Below are positions 9,763 through 18,318 of a stretch of 64,000 bases of DNA, in pieces. The notes beneath the pieces were generated by a model. It saw only the letters and a program-made list of their open reading frames with translations, was not told the origin of the DNA and did not search any database. The DNA comes from an uncultured Chloroflexia bacterium (GTDB lineage: Bacteria; Chloroflexota; Limnocylindria; Limnocylindrales; CSP1-4). Positions within the stretch are counted from its first letter, which is position 1, and every line of letters starts with the position of its first letter. The stretch spans positions 17,333-81,332 of the forward strand of contig CAWDHT010000020.1 of NCBI GenBank assembly GCA_963802165.1, given 5' to 3'. The translations under genes were made by a program, and so were the position numbers.

Positions 9763-10337
9763 CGGACGCCCTCCGCCGACCTGATATCGGCCCGCAGGCG
9801 CACTCGCGTCCGCCACAGCAGCGTCCTGGTCGCAAGCGGCGTGCGCCCGATGGCCGCGGCGATCTCGGGAATGCCGAACCCCTCGCTGCTCAGGAGGAGT
9901 GCCGCGCGTGCATCCGGGGATAGGTGGTCGACTGCCGCGACGAGGGCCGCTCGACCTTCTTGCTCGAGATAGCGTGCCTCGGGCAATTCCTCGGTGCGCC
10001 GAACGATGGGGGTGACTGCGATCCGCGCGAACCCCCGTAGTGATGCGGCGATCCGTCGAGCGCGGCTGGTCGCGAGGTTGGTCGCGACCCGGTAGAGCCA
10101 CGCTCGTACGTTGTCGGGCGTCCGGCCGGCGCGCGTCTCGCGCGTCAACCGGAGGAAGGACTCCTGGAGCAGATCCTCGGCGGTCGCCACGTCGCGCGTC
10201 GTGCGCACGAGGAAGGCACGGATCTCGTCGTGGTGATCTGCCCACGCTGTGAGGACGGCCTCGTCGGCCAGGGTCGCGGCGCGCGCGGAACTGGCATCCA
10301 CTGCTTCGGGAGGAAAGGCCGTCGGATCCACGCCCAT
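9759..10337 (-). CDS. ECF (group 4) RNA polymerase sigma factor
   Basis: Region 2 reads AEDLLQESFLRLTRE...VRAWLYRVATNLA. Region 4 reads LSPDARAALLLSSEGFGIPEIAAAIGRTPLATRTLLWRTRVRLR. The start was taken as ATG 10337 (MGVDPTAF). Confidence 0.8.
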   Translation of the reverse strand: MGVDPTAFPPEAVDASSARAATLADEAVLTAWADHHDEIRAFLVRTTRDVATAEDLLQESFLRLTRETRAGRTPDNVRAWLYRVATNLATSRARRIAASLRGFARIAVTPIVRRTEELPEARYLEQEGRAALVAAVDHLSPDARAALLLSSEGFGIPEIAAAIGRTPLATRTLLWRTRVRLRADIRSAEGVR

Positions 10338-10528
10338 GTGACGCCACCTACCCTCCCGCGTTGCGGTCGCCACCGCAAGGCGCGGACGGCCCGACCGCGC
10401 GGTGAGCGGCCCGGCCCGGTCGAGAGTGTGGGGCACAACGCGACCGCCGGATCGGCGTCACATCGGCGGGTTCAAGTACCTCCACCGGTCGGGACCGACC
10501 GGAGGACATCACGAATTGAGGGTGCGAC

Positions 10529-10990
10529 ATGCGCCGCCAGCTGTTCATCTCCGCCGTCCTGGCCATTGCGCTCGGCGCGTGCGCGGACGGCGCTGCGCCG
10601 TTCCCCACCCGGTCAGAGGCTGCGGTCGTAGCCTCGGACACGGCCCCGGACTCCGCCTCGCCCATCCCGTCGCCCGGGTTCGCCCTGCGCGCCGGGACCG
10701 CGACCGGTGGGTGCGACGCGATCGGGGTCGAGTACCAGAGCCTGACCTGGCAGATCGACCCGGCCGCGGAGGAGCAGGTCACCGCCCTCACCAACACGGG
10801 CGTCACGCTCCGCACCTCCTGGGCACCCGGCTTCACGGCGGGCATTGGAGACGAGCGCGTCATCCGGGATCCGGCAGGCGTGATCGTGGTCCGCGACGGA
10901 GACCAGCTGCGCGTGGGAGACCGGCTGGCCGGCTACTACATCTGCCTGGGCCCCGAGGCCCTGTGGGTGTTCACCCAGGACCCGCAGTAG
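10529..10990 (+). CDS. Lipoprotein whose C-terminal 110 aa are identical to the anti-sigma factor sensor domain
   Basis: ATG 10529 lies 6 nt after GAGGG. The lipobox is AIALGAC. From SPIPSPGFALRAGTATGGCDAIGVEYQSL... to ...ALWVFTQDPQ the protein is identical to the C-terminus of 8995-9762. Confidence 0.8.
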   Translation: MRRQLFISAVLAIALGACADGAAPFPTRSEAAVVASDTAPDSASPIPSPGFALRAGTATGGCDAIGVEYQSLTWQIDPAAEEQVTALTNTGVTLRTSWAPGFTAGIGDERVIRDPAGVIVVRDGDQLRVGDRLAGYYICLGPEALWVFTQDPQ

Positions 10991-11007
10991 CGGGCCGGGG
11001 GTTCGTC
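10656..11007. repeat. Right arm of the 352-bp inverted repeat (partner 8978-9329)
   Basis: See the left arm. The mismatches at 10915 and 10876 are both synonymous in the encoded domain. Confidence 0.95.
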
Positions 11008-11415
11008 AGCCCGCCGTCGGCTTGGCTGACGTGAACCTGATGACCCAGCGCATGCATTTGTGGCCGACATCAGCGCGGCCTCCTCGGACACGCTCCCGCC
11101 GCCGAACGAGCGGTGCATCCACGCGCGTGTGATCCCCAGGCGCTCGCAGTCCGCGATGACGTCCGCAGCCGCGTCGGGTGCCGTGGCGATGACGACGGCG
11201 TCCACGCCGCCGGGGATCGCGGCCAGGCTGCGGAAGCACGGCTTCCCGTCGATCTCGTCCGCGTTGGGGTTGACCGCGAACACCTCGTAGCCGCGACTCC
11301 TGAGCCGGTCGTAGACCGCGTTGCCGCTGTGGGCCTTCGCATTGCGCGAGACGCCCGCGATCGCGATCCGCTTCTGGGCCAGGAAGTCCGCCGTCGCCTC
11401 GGCCACCGTTGCCAT
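11006..11415 (-). pseudogene. CoA-binding domain protein with an internal out-of-frame deletion
   Basis: The N-terminal 113 aa are typical of the family: FLAQKRIAIAGVSRNAKAHSGNAVYDRLRSRGYEVFAVNPNADEIDGKPCF...ITRAWMHRSFGGGSVSEEAA. The family-like C-terminal end (DVGHKCMRWVIRFTSAKPTAG*, stop 11006-11008) is in another frame. About 20-25 codons between them appear to be missing at ~11070-11076. The listed ORF instead reads on to 10936, into the repeat arm. Confidence 0.5.
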
Positions 11416-11796
11416 GTGCCTTCGCCTCCGTCTGTTGCGTCGACCGGGAGCCTAACGACGGCGGGCCACAGTCCGACAGGGCCGATGGTCAGGATGGCGG
11501 ATCGCCGGGTCCCGGGAGGAGCGGAACCGTGACCCCACGGCTCGGGGAGAGCCTCCGCGGGATCACTGTTCCGTCTTGCGACACGGGTGCCGCTGGTGGC
11601 GCGGACCCTGCCCGTGGCCCTGCCGCCGTGTCCGGTCACCGGGGGGTAGGTGGCCTGACCAGGCACACGATCGGGTCTGCACCCTGGCCCGGGGACGGGC
11701 CATCGGGCCTGTGACCGGCCCGCCGACGGCCCGTCCGGACTGGTGCAAATCCCGTAGCGGGCGTGAAGACGGGCGCGGTGGCGACGCCCGCCCTAC

Positions 11797-12885
11797 CTAC
11801 CTCCAGCCGGTCACCCAGTAGAAGGCGCCCGGCGTCGACAGCACGAGGGACGCCTTGGAGGCACCGACCCGGATTGCCCAGATGTCATCCCGACGCATGG
11901 CCTTGGCGCTGGCGTTGAACCCGATCGAGGCCCCGTCCGGCGACCAGTAGATGCCTCCGATGGCGCAGGCCGCGATCGTGTTGTCGACGATCAGCGGCGT
12001 GATCTCGCCGGTCCGCGTCGTGATGAGCAGGTCGTCGAGCCGCCAGGCGCTGGTCCGGCTGGGGTGCACGAACGCAATCCGGTCGTCCACCGGGGAGAAG
12101 ACGGGCGACACGCCGACGCCATCCACCGGGATGCGGCCCTCTGCCGCTACGGCCGCCGACCCGGGCCCACCCACGTCCGCCAGGTACAGCTCGCCGCCCG
12201 AGGATCCGTCGGCGGGCGGCCTGCCATACACGACCGTGTGGCCGTCGATGGACCAGCGCGGGGTCGCGGTCAGGTTCCGGTACAGCGGCTCCGCGCCGGG
12301 GCCGGTCCCCGCCTGGACCATCGGGAACGGGACCGCGAGGTGCATGCCGCACACGCCGGGCCCGCAGCTGCCGTTGACGTCACCGACCCAGATGCCCTGG
12401 GCGGTGGCCACCCCGGCGGGGTCGTACTGCATGGCCCTGACGGCAACACGGGTGCCGTCCTGGGACCAGGTCCGGTAGTCCACCCTGAGGCCGGTCGGCA
12501 GCTCTCAGGCGACGAGAGTGTCCTCGCACGCCTCGGTCCGGGTCACCAGGCGCTGCCGCGCCACCTGGATGACGCCGCTCGGCATGACGATCGGGTACGA
12601 CTCGCCCGGCACGTCGCTCGTGATCACCCGTCGGCCCGTCGCACGGTGCTGCCAGTCGCCGGCGCACGTCGCCACGCGTGTGTCCGAGCCGTCCGCGTCG
12701 ATGGCCCAGGAGCCGGTGGGCACAGCCCGCTCGTAGGCGTAGATCCAGCTGTCCGGGGCCGGCGGTGGGGTCGGCTTCGGCCGACCCGCGGCGACGTCAG
12801 GGCCGGTCCCGACGAGTAGCGCCACCGTTCCCAGGGTGATGGCCGCGACGACCGTGACGCGGCGTCCCGTGCGTCCGCCGTCCAT
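11797..12885 (-). pseudogene. Secreted TolB-like beta-propeller (PD40/WD40-like repeats) protein interrupted by an in-frame TGA
   Basis: ORFs 12505..12900 and 11797..12483 are in the same frame, separated only by the TGA at 12505-12507 (...CEDTLVA*ELPTGLRVDYRTWSQDGTRVA...). ATG 12885 follows GGAGGG, and a signal peptide is present (VTVVAAITLGTVALLVG). The downstream part contains repeated W/YSPDG-type propeller motifs (YWSPDGASIGF, RWSIDGHTVVY, FSPVDDRIAFV). Confidence 0.6.
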
Positions 12886-13076
12886 GACGTATCCCTCCAC
12901 GCTCCGTGTTTACCTGTTGGTCGCCCGGGCGCACGGGAATCCTTCGCCGGGGGGTGGCGCTTGACCTCGGACCTCATCGGCTCGACCATCTAGGGGTCGT
13001 CCTCCGCCGTCCCACGCGTCCTGCCCGCCGCCCCATCCCGCGGCGTCCATCACCCGACCCGAGGTTCCAGCCCGTC

Positions 13077-13346
13077 ATGCAGAGCACCATCGTCACGAAG
13101 GCCGAGAAGGCACACCGCTACGCGCTGGAGCCCGACCGGCTCCGCATCACCGCGATCGAGGCGACCTTCGAGGCGGGCGGTGGGACCCACGTGATCGGGC
13201 TGGCCGACGGCGCCTGGACGTGCGACTGCGACTTCTTCCGGACGAGCGGCGTCTGCCCCCACGTCGAGGCCGCGTCGCGAATGCTGGACGCCCACCTGGT
13301 CGAGGGCGCGAAGCCGCGCGTGGTGGACCTGCTCGCAGGGTCCTGA
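13077..13346 (+). CDS. Small SWIM zinc-finger protein (89 aa)
   Basis: WTCDCDFFRTSGVCPHV matches the CxCxnCxH SWIM signature. The ATG is at 13077. Confidence 0.6.
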   Translation: MQSTIVTKAEKAHRYALEPDRLRITAIEATFEAGGGTHVIGLADGAWTCDCDFFRTSGVCPHVEAASRMLDAHLVEGAKPRVVDLLAGS

Positions 13347-13373
13347 CCCCGGCGACGCTGCCCGGGGCCAGCC

Positions 13374-14075
13374 TCAGCTGAGCGCCAGGTCCGCGAACGC
13401 CGCCATCGACCTGACGGCCAGGTCCGGTCGCGCGTCCGCCGGTGGCGTCGCCCCGCTGCCCGGCCTGTCGTGGCGGCGATCGATCCACGCCGTCGTCATG
13501 CCCAGCCGCTTGGCGGGCACGTGGTCATGGAACAGGCTCTGGGCCACGTGCAGGATGCGCTCGCGGGGCACGCCGATGCGCTCGAACGCCACCTCGAAGG
13601 TTCGCAGGCTTGGCTTGTAGGCGCCGACCTGCTGCGCCGTGATGACGTGGTCGAACGCCACGCCCAGCCGCGCGCTGGACGCGGTGAACAGGTCGTCGTC
13701 GCAGTTGGTGATGACGGCGAGGCGGAAACGCTCGTGCAGGCGGGCGAGAGCGTCCGCCGAGTCCGGGAATGCCGGCCAGGCGGCCACCGAGCCACCGAAC
13801 GCCGAGAGTCCATCCGGCCCCACCACGACGCCCAGCTCGCGGCACACGCGGTCCGCCGACCGGGCGAGCACCTCGCGGTAGCGCAGGTACGGGCCCGACT
13901 CCAATTCCGCCTCCGCCGCCGCGTAGCGCTCCAGGAGGTCGTCGTCGTCGGCGTCCACGCCGCCGGGCGCAAGGAGCTCCTGCAGCCCCGCGAGGATGCC
14001 GGCCTCCCAGTCGATGAGGGTGCCGTAGCAGTCGAAGGTGAGGACGTCGAACCGGCCGAAATCGATGGCTGTCAT
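13374..14075 (-). CDS. HAD-superfamily hydrolase (haloacid dehalogenase type II-like)
   Basis: Motif I is LTFDCYGTLIDWE. Also present are AVITNCDDDLF, VGAYKPSLRTFE and ILHVAQSLFHDHVPAKRLGMTTAWIDR. The ATG is at 14075. Confidence 0.8.
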   Translation of the reverse strand: MTAIDFGRFDVLTFDCYGTLIDWEAGILAGLQELLAPGGVDADDDDLLERYAAAEAELESGPYLRYREVLARSADRVCRELGVVVGPDGLSAFGGSVAAWPAFPDSADALARLHERFRLAVITNCDDDLFTASSARLGVAFDHVITAQQVGAYKPSLRTFEVAFERIGVPRERILHVAQSLFHDHVPAKRLGMTTAWIDRRHDRPGSGATPPADARPDLAVRSMAAFADLALS

Positions 14076-14250
14076 GGCCGTCAGGCTAGCGCACCACCGG
14101 GCGAGGGCGCGGAGAGGCGCCCGACCTGGGGGGAAGGTCGGACGCCTCCGCGTCTCGCCTGAGACTGGTCTCACGATAGGCCTCGGGGTCTACCGAGACT
14201 TACGGAGAATCGGTTCGGTCGACCCCCGAACCGGGTGCCGGGCCCGGCGT

Positions 14251-14298
14251 GCCTGGGCCCGGCCGGGCGAACCTGCCTGGCCCCGGCCGGGCGAACCC
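14251..14298. repeat. 24-bp tandem repeat x2 (plus a partial third) in a divergent intergenic region
   Basis: The units are gcctgggcccggccgggcgaacct and gcctggccccggccgggcgaaccc, followed by gcctgc. Confidence 0.85.
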
Positions 14299-14494
14299 GC
14301 CTGCATCCCGGAGCACGCCGGTGGTCGACGGTCGCGTCACGATGGGACCGGAGTCCTCGGCGACACGCTCACCGACCGTACTGCGCGGGCCGCGCCCGTT
14401 CTGCCCGCGGGGCACCGCCGGGGCTGGTGGTGCGTTGGTGCACCGGCGACGACGCGTGGACATCCGATGGGGCACCCGGCTACCGTTGTCAGCG

Positions 14495-15019
14495 ATGACT
14501 GCAGAGGTGCCCGTCTCCACGCCTGATGCCGACCGCGACGCGCTCGAGGCCGCCCTGGCCGGACGCGGGGAGTACGAGCTGTTCGCCTGCGACCCGGCCC
14601 TCGCCGACACCGCCTCGTTCTGCGCCGCCTACGGCTTCGATCCTGCGGACTCCGCCAACACGATCATCGTGGTGGGCAAGGGCACGCCGCCCGTGTACGC
14701 CGCCTGCGTGGTCCTCGCGACCCATCGCCTGGCCGTGAACCAGTCCGTGAAGGCCCGCTTCGGACGCAAGTCGTCGTTCGCGGCGCCCGAGGAGACGAGG
14801 GCGATCACTGGCCACGAGATCGGCGGCGTGACGGTGTTCGGCCTGCCGGCGGACCTGCCGGTCTGGGTGGATGCGGCGGTCATGACCCGAGAGCGGATCG
14901 TCCTCGGCGGCGGCAGCCGCAGCTGGAAGGTGATCGCGCCCGCATCGATCCTGCTCACGCTGCCGAACGCGGAGGTGGTCGAAGGGCTGGCGAGCCCGGC
15001 TCCCCCTCGTGAGGGCTGA
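14495..15019 (+). CDS. YbaK/EbsC-type aminoacyl-tRNA editing (deacylase) domain protein
   Basis: The sequence ...DTASFCAAYGFDPADSANTIIVVGK...VVLATHRLAVNQSVKARFG..SFAAPEETRAITGHEIGGVTVFGLP...VWVDAAVMTRERIVLGGGSRSWKV fits the family. The ATG is at 14495. Confidence 0.7.
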   Translation: MTAEVPVSTPDADRDALEAALAGRGEYELFACDPALADTASFCAAYGFDPADSANTIIVVGKGTPPVYAACVVLATHRLAVNQSVKARFGRKSSFAAPEETRAITGHEIGGVTVFGLPADLPVWVDAAVMTRERIVLGGGSRSWKVIAPASILLTLPNAEVVEGLASPAPPREG

Positions 15020-15037
15020 CGCGCCTACGATGCGAGC

Positions 15038-15952
15038 ATGACGAACAAGGAACGCCTGCTCATCGCCGCCGTGTTCGTCATCGCCCTGGTGGGCGGGGGC
15101 ATCCTCGCGATGAGCGTCCTCGGTGGGGGAGGGGATGCGGCCGCCACGCCGAGCCCGGTCGCCATCGCCAGTGCCAGCCCCACGCCGACGCCCCCGGTGA
15201 CCGCGCCACCGATCGAGTCGCCGTCTGCCACGGCCGAGCCGTCGGCGCCGGCGTCCCCTGAGCCGTCCCCGTCCGCCGCGCCGTCGGCCACGCCCGGTTC
15301 CAGCCTTACCCCTGGAGAGCCCGCCACCATCGTCCTGTCCGGCCTCAAGCTGGATGCGAAGGACGACCCGGACGGCAAGGACCGCTCCATCGGCTTCCGC
15401 ACCGACGGCACGGGGGATGTCACGGCGCAGGTCACCGTCCTCTCCCCGCAGGGCAACGTGGTGATGTGCCTTGGCGTCGCCCAGGAGCTCGGCCAGCCGG
15501 ACTGCACCCCGAACGCGAGCGGCGCGCTGACCGCGGTGGCGCCGGACGGCGGCGGCGACGTCGTCCTGACCCTTCGCGGCGAGGGCATCGAGGCCCCTGT
15601 CGTCGACGTCACGATCACGTTCCCCGCAACCGCTCCCGCCGTCATCATCGCCGGTGCCCGGTTCGACGGCACCCTGTACCCCGACACGAACGGGATCGCT
15701 GCCACCATCACGCCCCGCCGCAACGGCGACGTGACGCTGGCCGCGGACTGGGGCGGCCACCCGTTCCCGTACGAGGTGGAACTCCGCGAGAAGGGCGGCC
15801 CGGGTTCGGTGCTGATGGCCGACCAGGGCCCGGCGACCCGCATGGCGGAGACGCTGCCGATCACCGCGCCCAATCCCTGGATGGTGGTCCTCCGGAACGC
15901 GGGCGGGGGCTTCGGGCCCACCGAGCTGGACGCGACGATCGCCTGGCCCTGA
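15038..15952 (+). CDS. Membrane-anchored secreted hypothetical protein with a Pro/Ser/Ala-rich linker
   Basis: It has an N-terminal TM segment (LLIAAVFVIALVGGGILAMSVLGG), a PSPxA low-complexity linker and a globular C-terminal part. Codon bias is good. I recognise no family. Confidence 0.6.
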   Translation: MTNKERLLIAAVFVIALVGGGILAMSVLGGGGDAAATPSPVAIASASPTPTPPVTAPPIESPSATAEPSAPASPEPSPSAAPSATPGSSLTPGEPATIVLSGLKLDAKDDPDGKDRSIGFRTDGTGDVTAQVTVLSPQGNVVMCLGVAQELGQPDCTPNASGALTAVAPDGGGDVVLTLRGEGIEAPVVDVTITFPATAPAVIIAGARFDGTLYPDTNGIAATITPRRNGDVTLAADWGGHPFPYEVELREKGGPGSVLMADQGPATRMAETLPITAPNPWMVVLRNAGGGFGPTELDATIAWP

Positions 15953-16136
15953 CAGGGCGCGGGCAGAGGAGCGGCGCTCTGGGTGCGCCGGCGCAGACCG
16001 GACCATCGTCTCGGGTGCGCCGGGACCGCCGATCCATGGTGCGCCCACGCGCCGCACCGCAGTCTGAGGCCACCTCTCGCGGTCTTCCCCGTCCCGGCAC
16101 GGTGCCGGCGATGCCACCGCCGCTGCAACGTCCGGA

Positions 16137-17627
16137 ATGCCGATCCCTCGCTCTGCCCGTACCCTCGCCGCCGCGTGCCTCGTCCTGGTGACGCTCCTCG
16201 TCGTGGCCCCGCGTCCCGCAGCCGCCCTCGAGCCGCCTCGCCCGCTGCCGGACCATCGACCCGAGTTCGTCACCGAGACGGACACCCGGCCCTGGGTCGA
16301 CTGCCTGTGGGCATCGGCGGCGATGCTGCTGGACAAGTGGACGAACGGTGATGTGCGGGTCACCCACGGCAAGCTTCGCCGCCTGTCCGGCGACCGCGGG
16401 GGCTCGTCGCTCGAGGACCTGCAGGTCGCCTTCCGCAAGCTCGGGTTCGACGTCCCCCTCGACGCCTCCGGAGACAGCACGCTCACCTGGGGCGGGCTGC
16501 TGGGCCGGCTGCGAAACGGCGCCGGAGCGGTGGTGCTGGGCGACTATGGTGATATGCCCCGCTGGCACGCCCGCTGGGACCGCAGCTTCTGGCGCAAGAA
16601 GGGCAAGGAGGACAACCACGCGGTCTACGTCGAGCGCTACGACCGCAAGCGCGGCCGGGTCTGGATCATGGATCCGCTGGCCCGCGGCGACTGGCGCGGC
16701 GAGTGGATCAGTGTCGCCGCCCTGCGGCGCTTCGCCTGGTTCAAGGGCGGCCGGGTCGCGGCCGTGACGACGCCTACGGCAGCACCCGCTCCGTTCGCCG
16801 GCGTGGTTCTCGGGCAGCCGAAGGTGGGCCTGTCCGAGGAAGCCCTGACGACGACCTGGAAGCTGCGCACGCCCAGGGGCTGGGCGTGGAAGGGCGGCGA
16901 TGTCCACGTGTCGATCCTCCCTGCCGAGGACCCGATCGCGGCCGCCATCACGGCGGCAGCGGTGGATCCGCGCACGACGGCCGACCCGGCGCCGGAGGCT
17001 CCTGTCGCCGGTGTCACGGGGCACACCCTGCGCCTGTCCGCCGCGCTGCCCGCGAAGCCCGGCGCCTACGTCGCACGCCTGTCGCTGTCCGACCGCCGCT
17101 TCGGGAAGACGGTCGTCGCGAGCGAGCCGATGGGCGTGTTCGTGTCCGGAGCCCGGCAGGCGAAGCTGCGGTTGAACGTCGCCAGGACGGTCCTCATCGC
17201 CGGCGATGACGTCCGGGTCAACCTGTCCGTGGCCAACTCCGGCGAGGACACCTGGGCCGACACCGTCCGCCCGGACGGGGATCAGGGCGACGTTCGTACG
17301 CGGGCGACACGCGTGGTGGCTGCGTGGGTGCGCCTCGATCCGCAGGCGCAGCGACCGGCGCCCGCCGACCCTGCCGCCGACGCCGCGACGGCCACTGGCG
17401 TCACTGCCGCCGTCCCGCTCACGATCGAGCTGCGGAAGGTGCCGCTGGCGCCCGGGGCGCTCGAGCGGATCCGCGAGACCCTCGTCGTGCCGACGGATGT
17501 CGGCCGCTGGGCGCTGGTCATCGACATCGTGGACGACGTCGCAGGGTCATACGCGACGCTCGGCAGCGCTCCGGCCGTCGCGCTGTTCGATGTCGTTGCG
17601 CCGCGAGGCATCGAGCCCGTCGAGTAG
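16137..17627 (+). CDS. Secreted protein with an N-terminal papain-like (C39-like) cysteine peptidase domain and C-terminal beta-sandwich-like repeats
   Basis: A signal peptide is present. PWVDCLWASAAMLLDKW is the candidate Cys nucleophile region and EDNHAVYVERYD the candidate His region. The C-terminal half reads like CARDB/Ig-type domains (DDVRVNLSVANSGEDTW). The assignment rests on motifs only. Confidence 0.5.
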   Translation: MPIPRSARTLAAACLVLVTLLVVAPRPAAALEPPRPLPDHRPEFVTETDTRPWVDCLWASAAMLLDKWTNGDVRVTHGKLRRLSGDRGGSSLEDLQVAFRKLGFDVPLDASGDSTLTWGGLLGRLRNGAGAVVLGDYGDMPRWHARWDRSFWRKKGKEDNHAVYVERYDRKRGRVWIMDPLARGDWRGEWISVAALRRFAWFKGGRVAAVTTPTAAPAPFAGVVLGQPKVGLSEEALTTTWKLRTPRGWAWKGGDVHVSILPAEDPIAAAITAAAVDPRTTADPAPEAPVAGVTGHTLRLSAALPAKPGAYVARLSLSDRRFGKTVVASEPMGVFVSGARQAKLRLNVARTVLIAGDDVRVNLSVANSGEDTWADTVRPDGDQGDVRTRATRVVAAWVRLDPQAQRPAPADPAADAATATGVTAAVPLTIELRKVPLAPGALERIRETLVVPTDVGRWALVIDIVDDVAGSYATLGSAPAVALFDVVAPRGIEPVE

Positions 17628-17652
17628 CACCCGCCTCCGGTACGGTGTGCCG

Positions 17653-18240
17653 ATGTGGAGGAAGGGACGCCCACGCAGGACGATCAGGTTGGTCGCTGCC
17701 GTCGCCGTGGCGCTGGTCGCCGCGACGTGTTCGACGCCCTCGTCCTCGCGCGCGCCGTCGCCCGTGGCAGGCTCCTCGATCCCGCCTGCCGATACGGCCC
17801 TGCGCCCCGTCGGCGCCACCGAGACGGCCCGCGTCGTGCGGGTGGTGGATGGCGACACGCTTGTCGTCGACCGCGGCTTCGGCAACGAGCGGCTCCGGTA
17901 CATCGGCATGGACGCGCCGGAGAGCGTGAAGCCGGACTCGCCCGTCGAGTTCATGGGCAGGGAGGCATCGGCGGCCAACGCGGCCCTGGTGGAGGGGCAG
18001 GAGCTCGTCCTCGAGCGCGACGTGTCCGAGACGGACCAGTACGGCCGGCTCCTGCGTTACGCCTGGCTCCGCGAGCGAGATACGTGGCTGATGGTCAACC
18101 TGGAGCTGGTCCGCCGGGGGTATGCGCAGGCGGCCACCTACCCGCCGGACGTCCGCTGGACCGACGAGCTGCGCGCCGCCGAGCGGGCTGCGCGCAGATG
18201 CGGGCGAGGGACTCTGGGGGCCGGCGACGCCGCTGCCCTG
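17653..18240 (+). CDS. Thermonuclease (staphylococcal nuclease family) lipoprotein with an apparent frameshift ~17 codons before the end
   Basis: ATG 17653. The sequence VVRVVDGDTLVV...ERLRYIGMDAPES...ETDQYGRLLRYAW...VNLELVRRGYA fits the family. The expected C-terminus ...ADAGEGLWGPATPLP* (stop 18238-18240) is in the +1 frame from ~18190, within a gcgcgc run. As sequenced, the ORF reads through in frame into mgsA. Confidence 0.65.
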
Positions 18241-18318
18241 ACATCGAGGGCCCGCCGCACGCTCGCCGGCCGTGGCGCACAATCGGACCCGTACCCCCAA
18301 GCGCAGGAGAACGGTCCC

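Noticed and set aside
10455-10480. A tRNA-like T-arm (gggttcaagtacctcc).
   Set aside because: The T-loop consensus (GGTTCGAATCC-type) is not met. No acceptor or anticodon stems could be built from the flanks. It lies in the sigma/lipoprotein divergent promoter region.
8978-11007. An insertion sequence or composite transposon defined by the 352-bp inverted repeats.
   Set aside because: There is no transposase, integrase or recombinase between or next to the arms. The arms are coding sequence for a protein domain rather than terminal IRs. I saw no target-site duplication at the outer ends.
14489-16486. The 665-aa minus-strand ORF, and similar giants elsewhere: 42535..44640(-), 44328..46517(-), 46856..48148(-), 37979..39304(-), 1598..3409(+), and the N-terminal parts of 40052..42568(+) and 56665..59079(+).
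   Set aside because: All are antisense to, or out of frame with, genes that carry clear family motifs. They are Arg/Gly/Pro-rich, have poor start contexts and show no recognisable domains.
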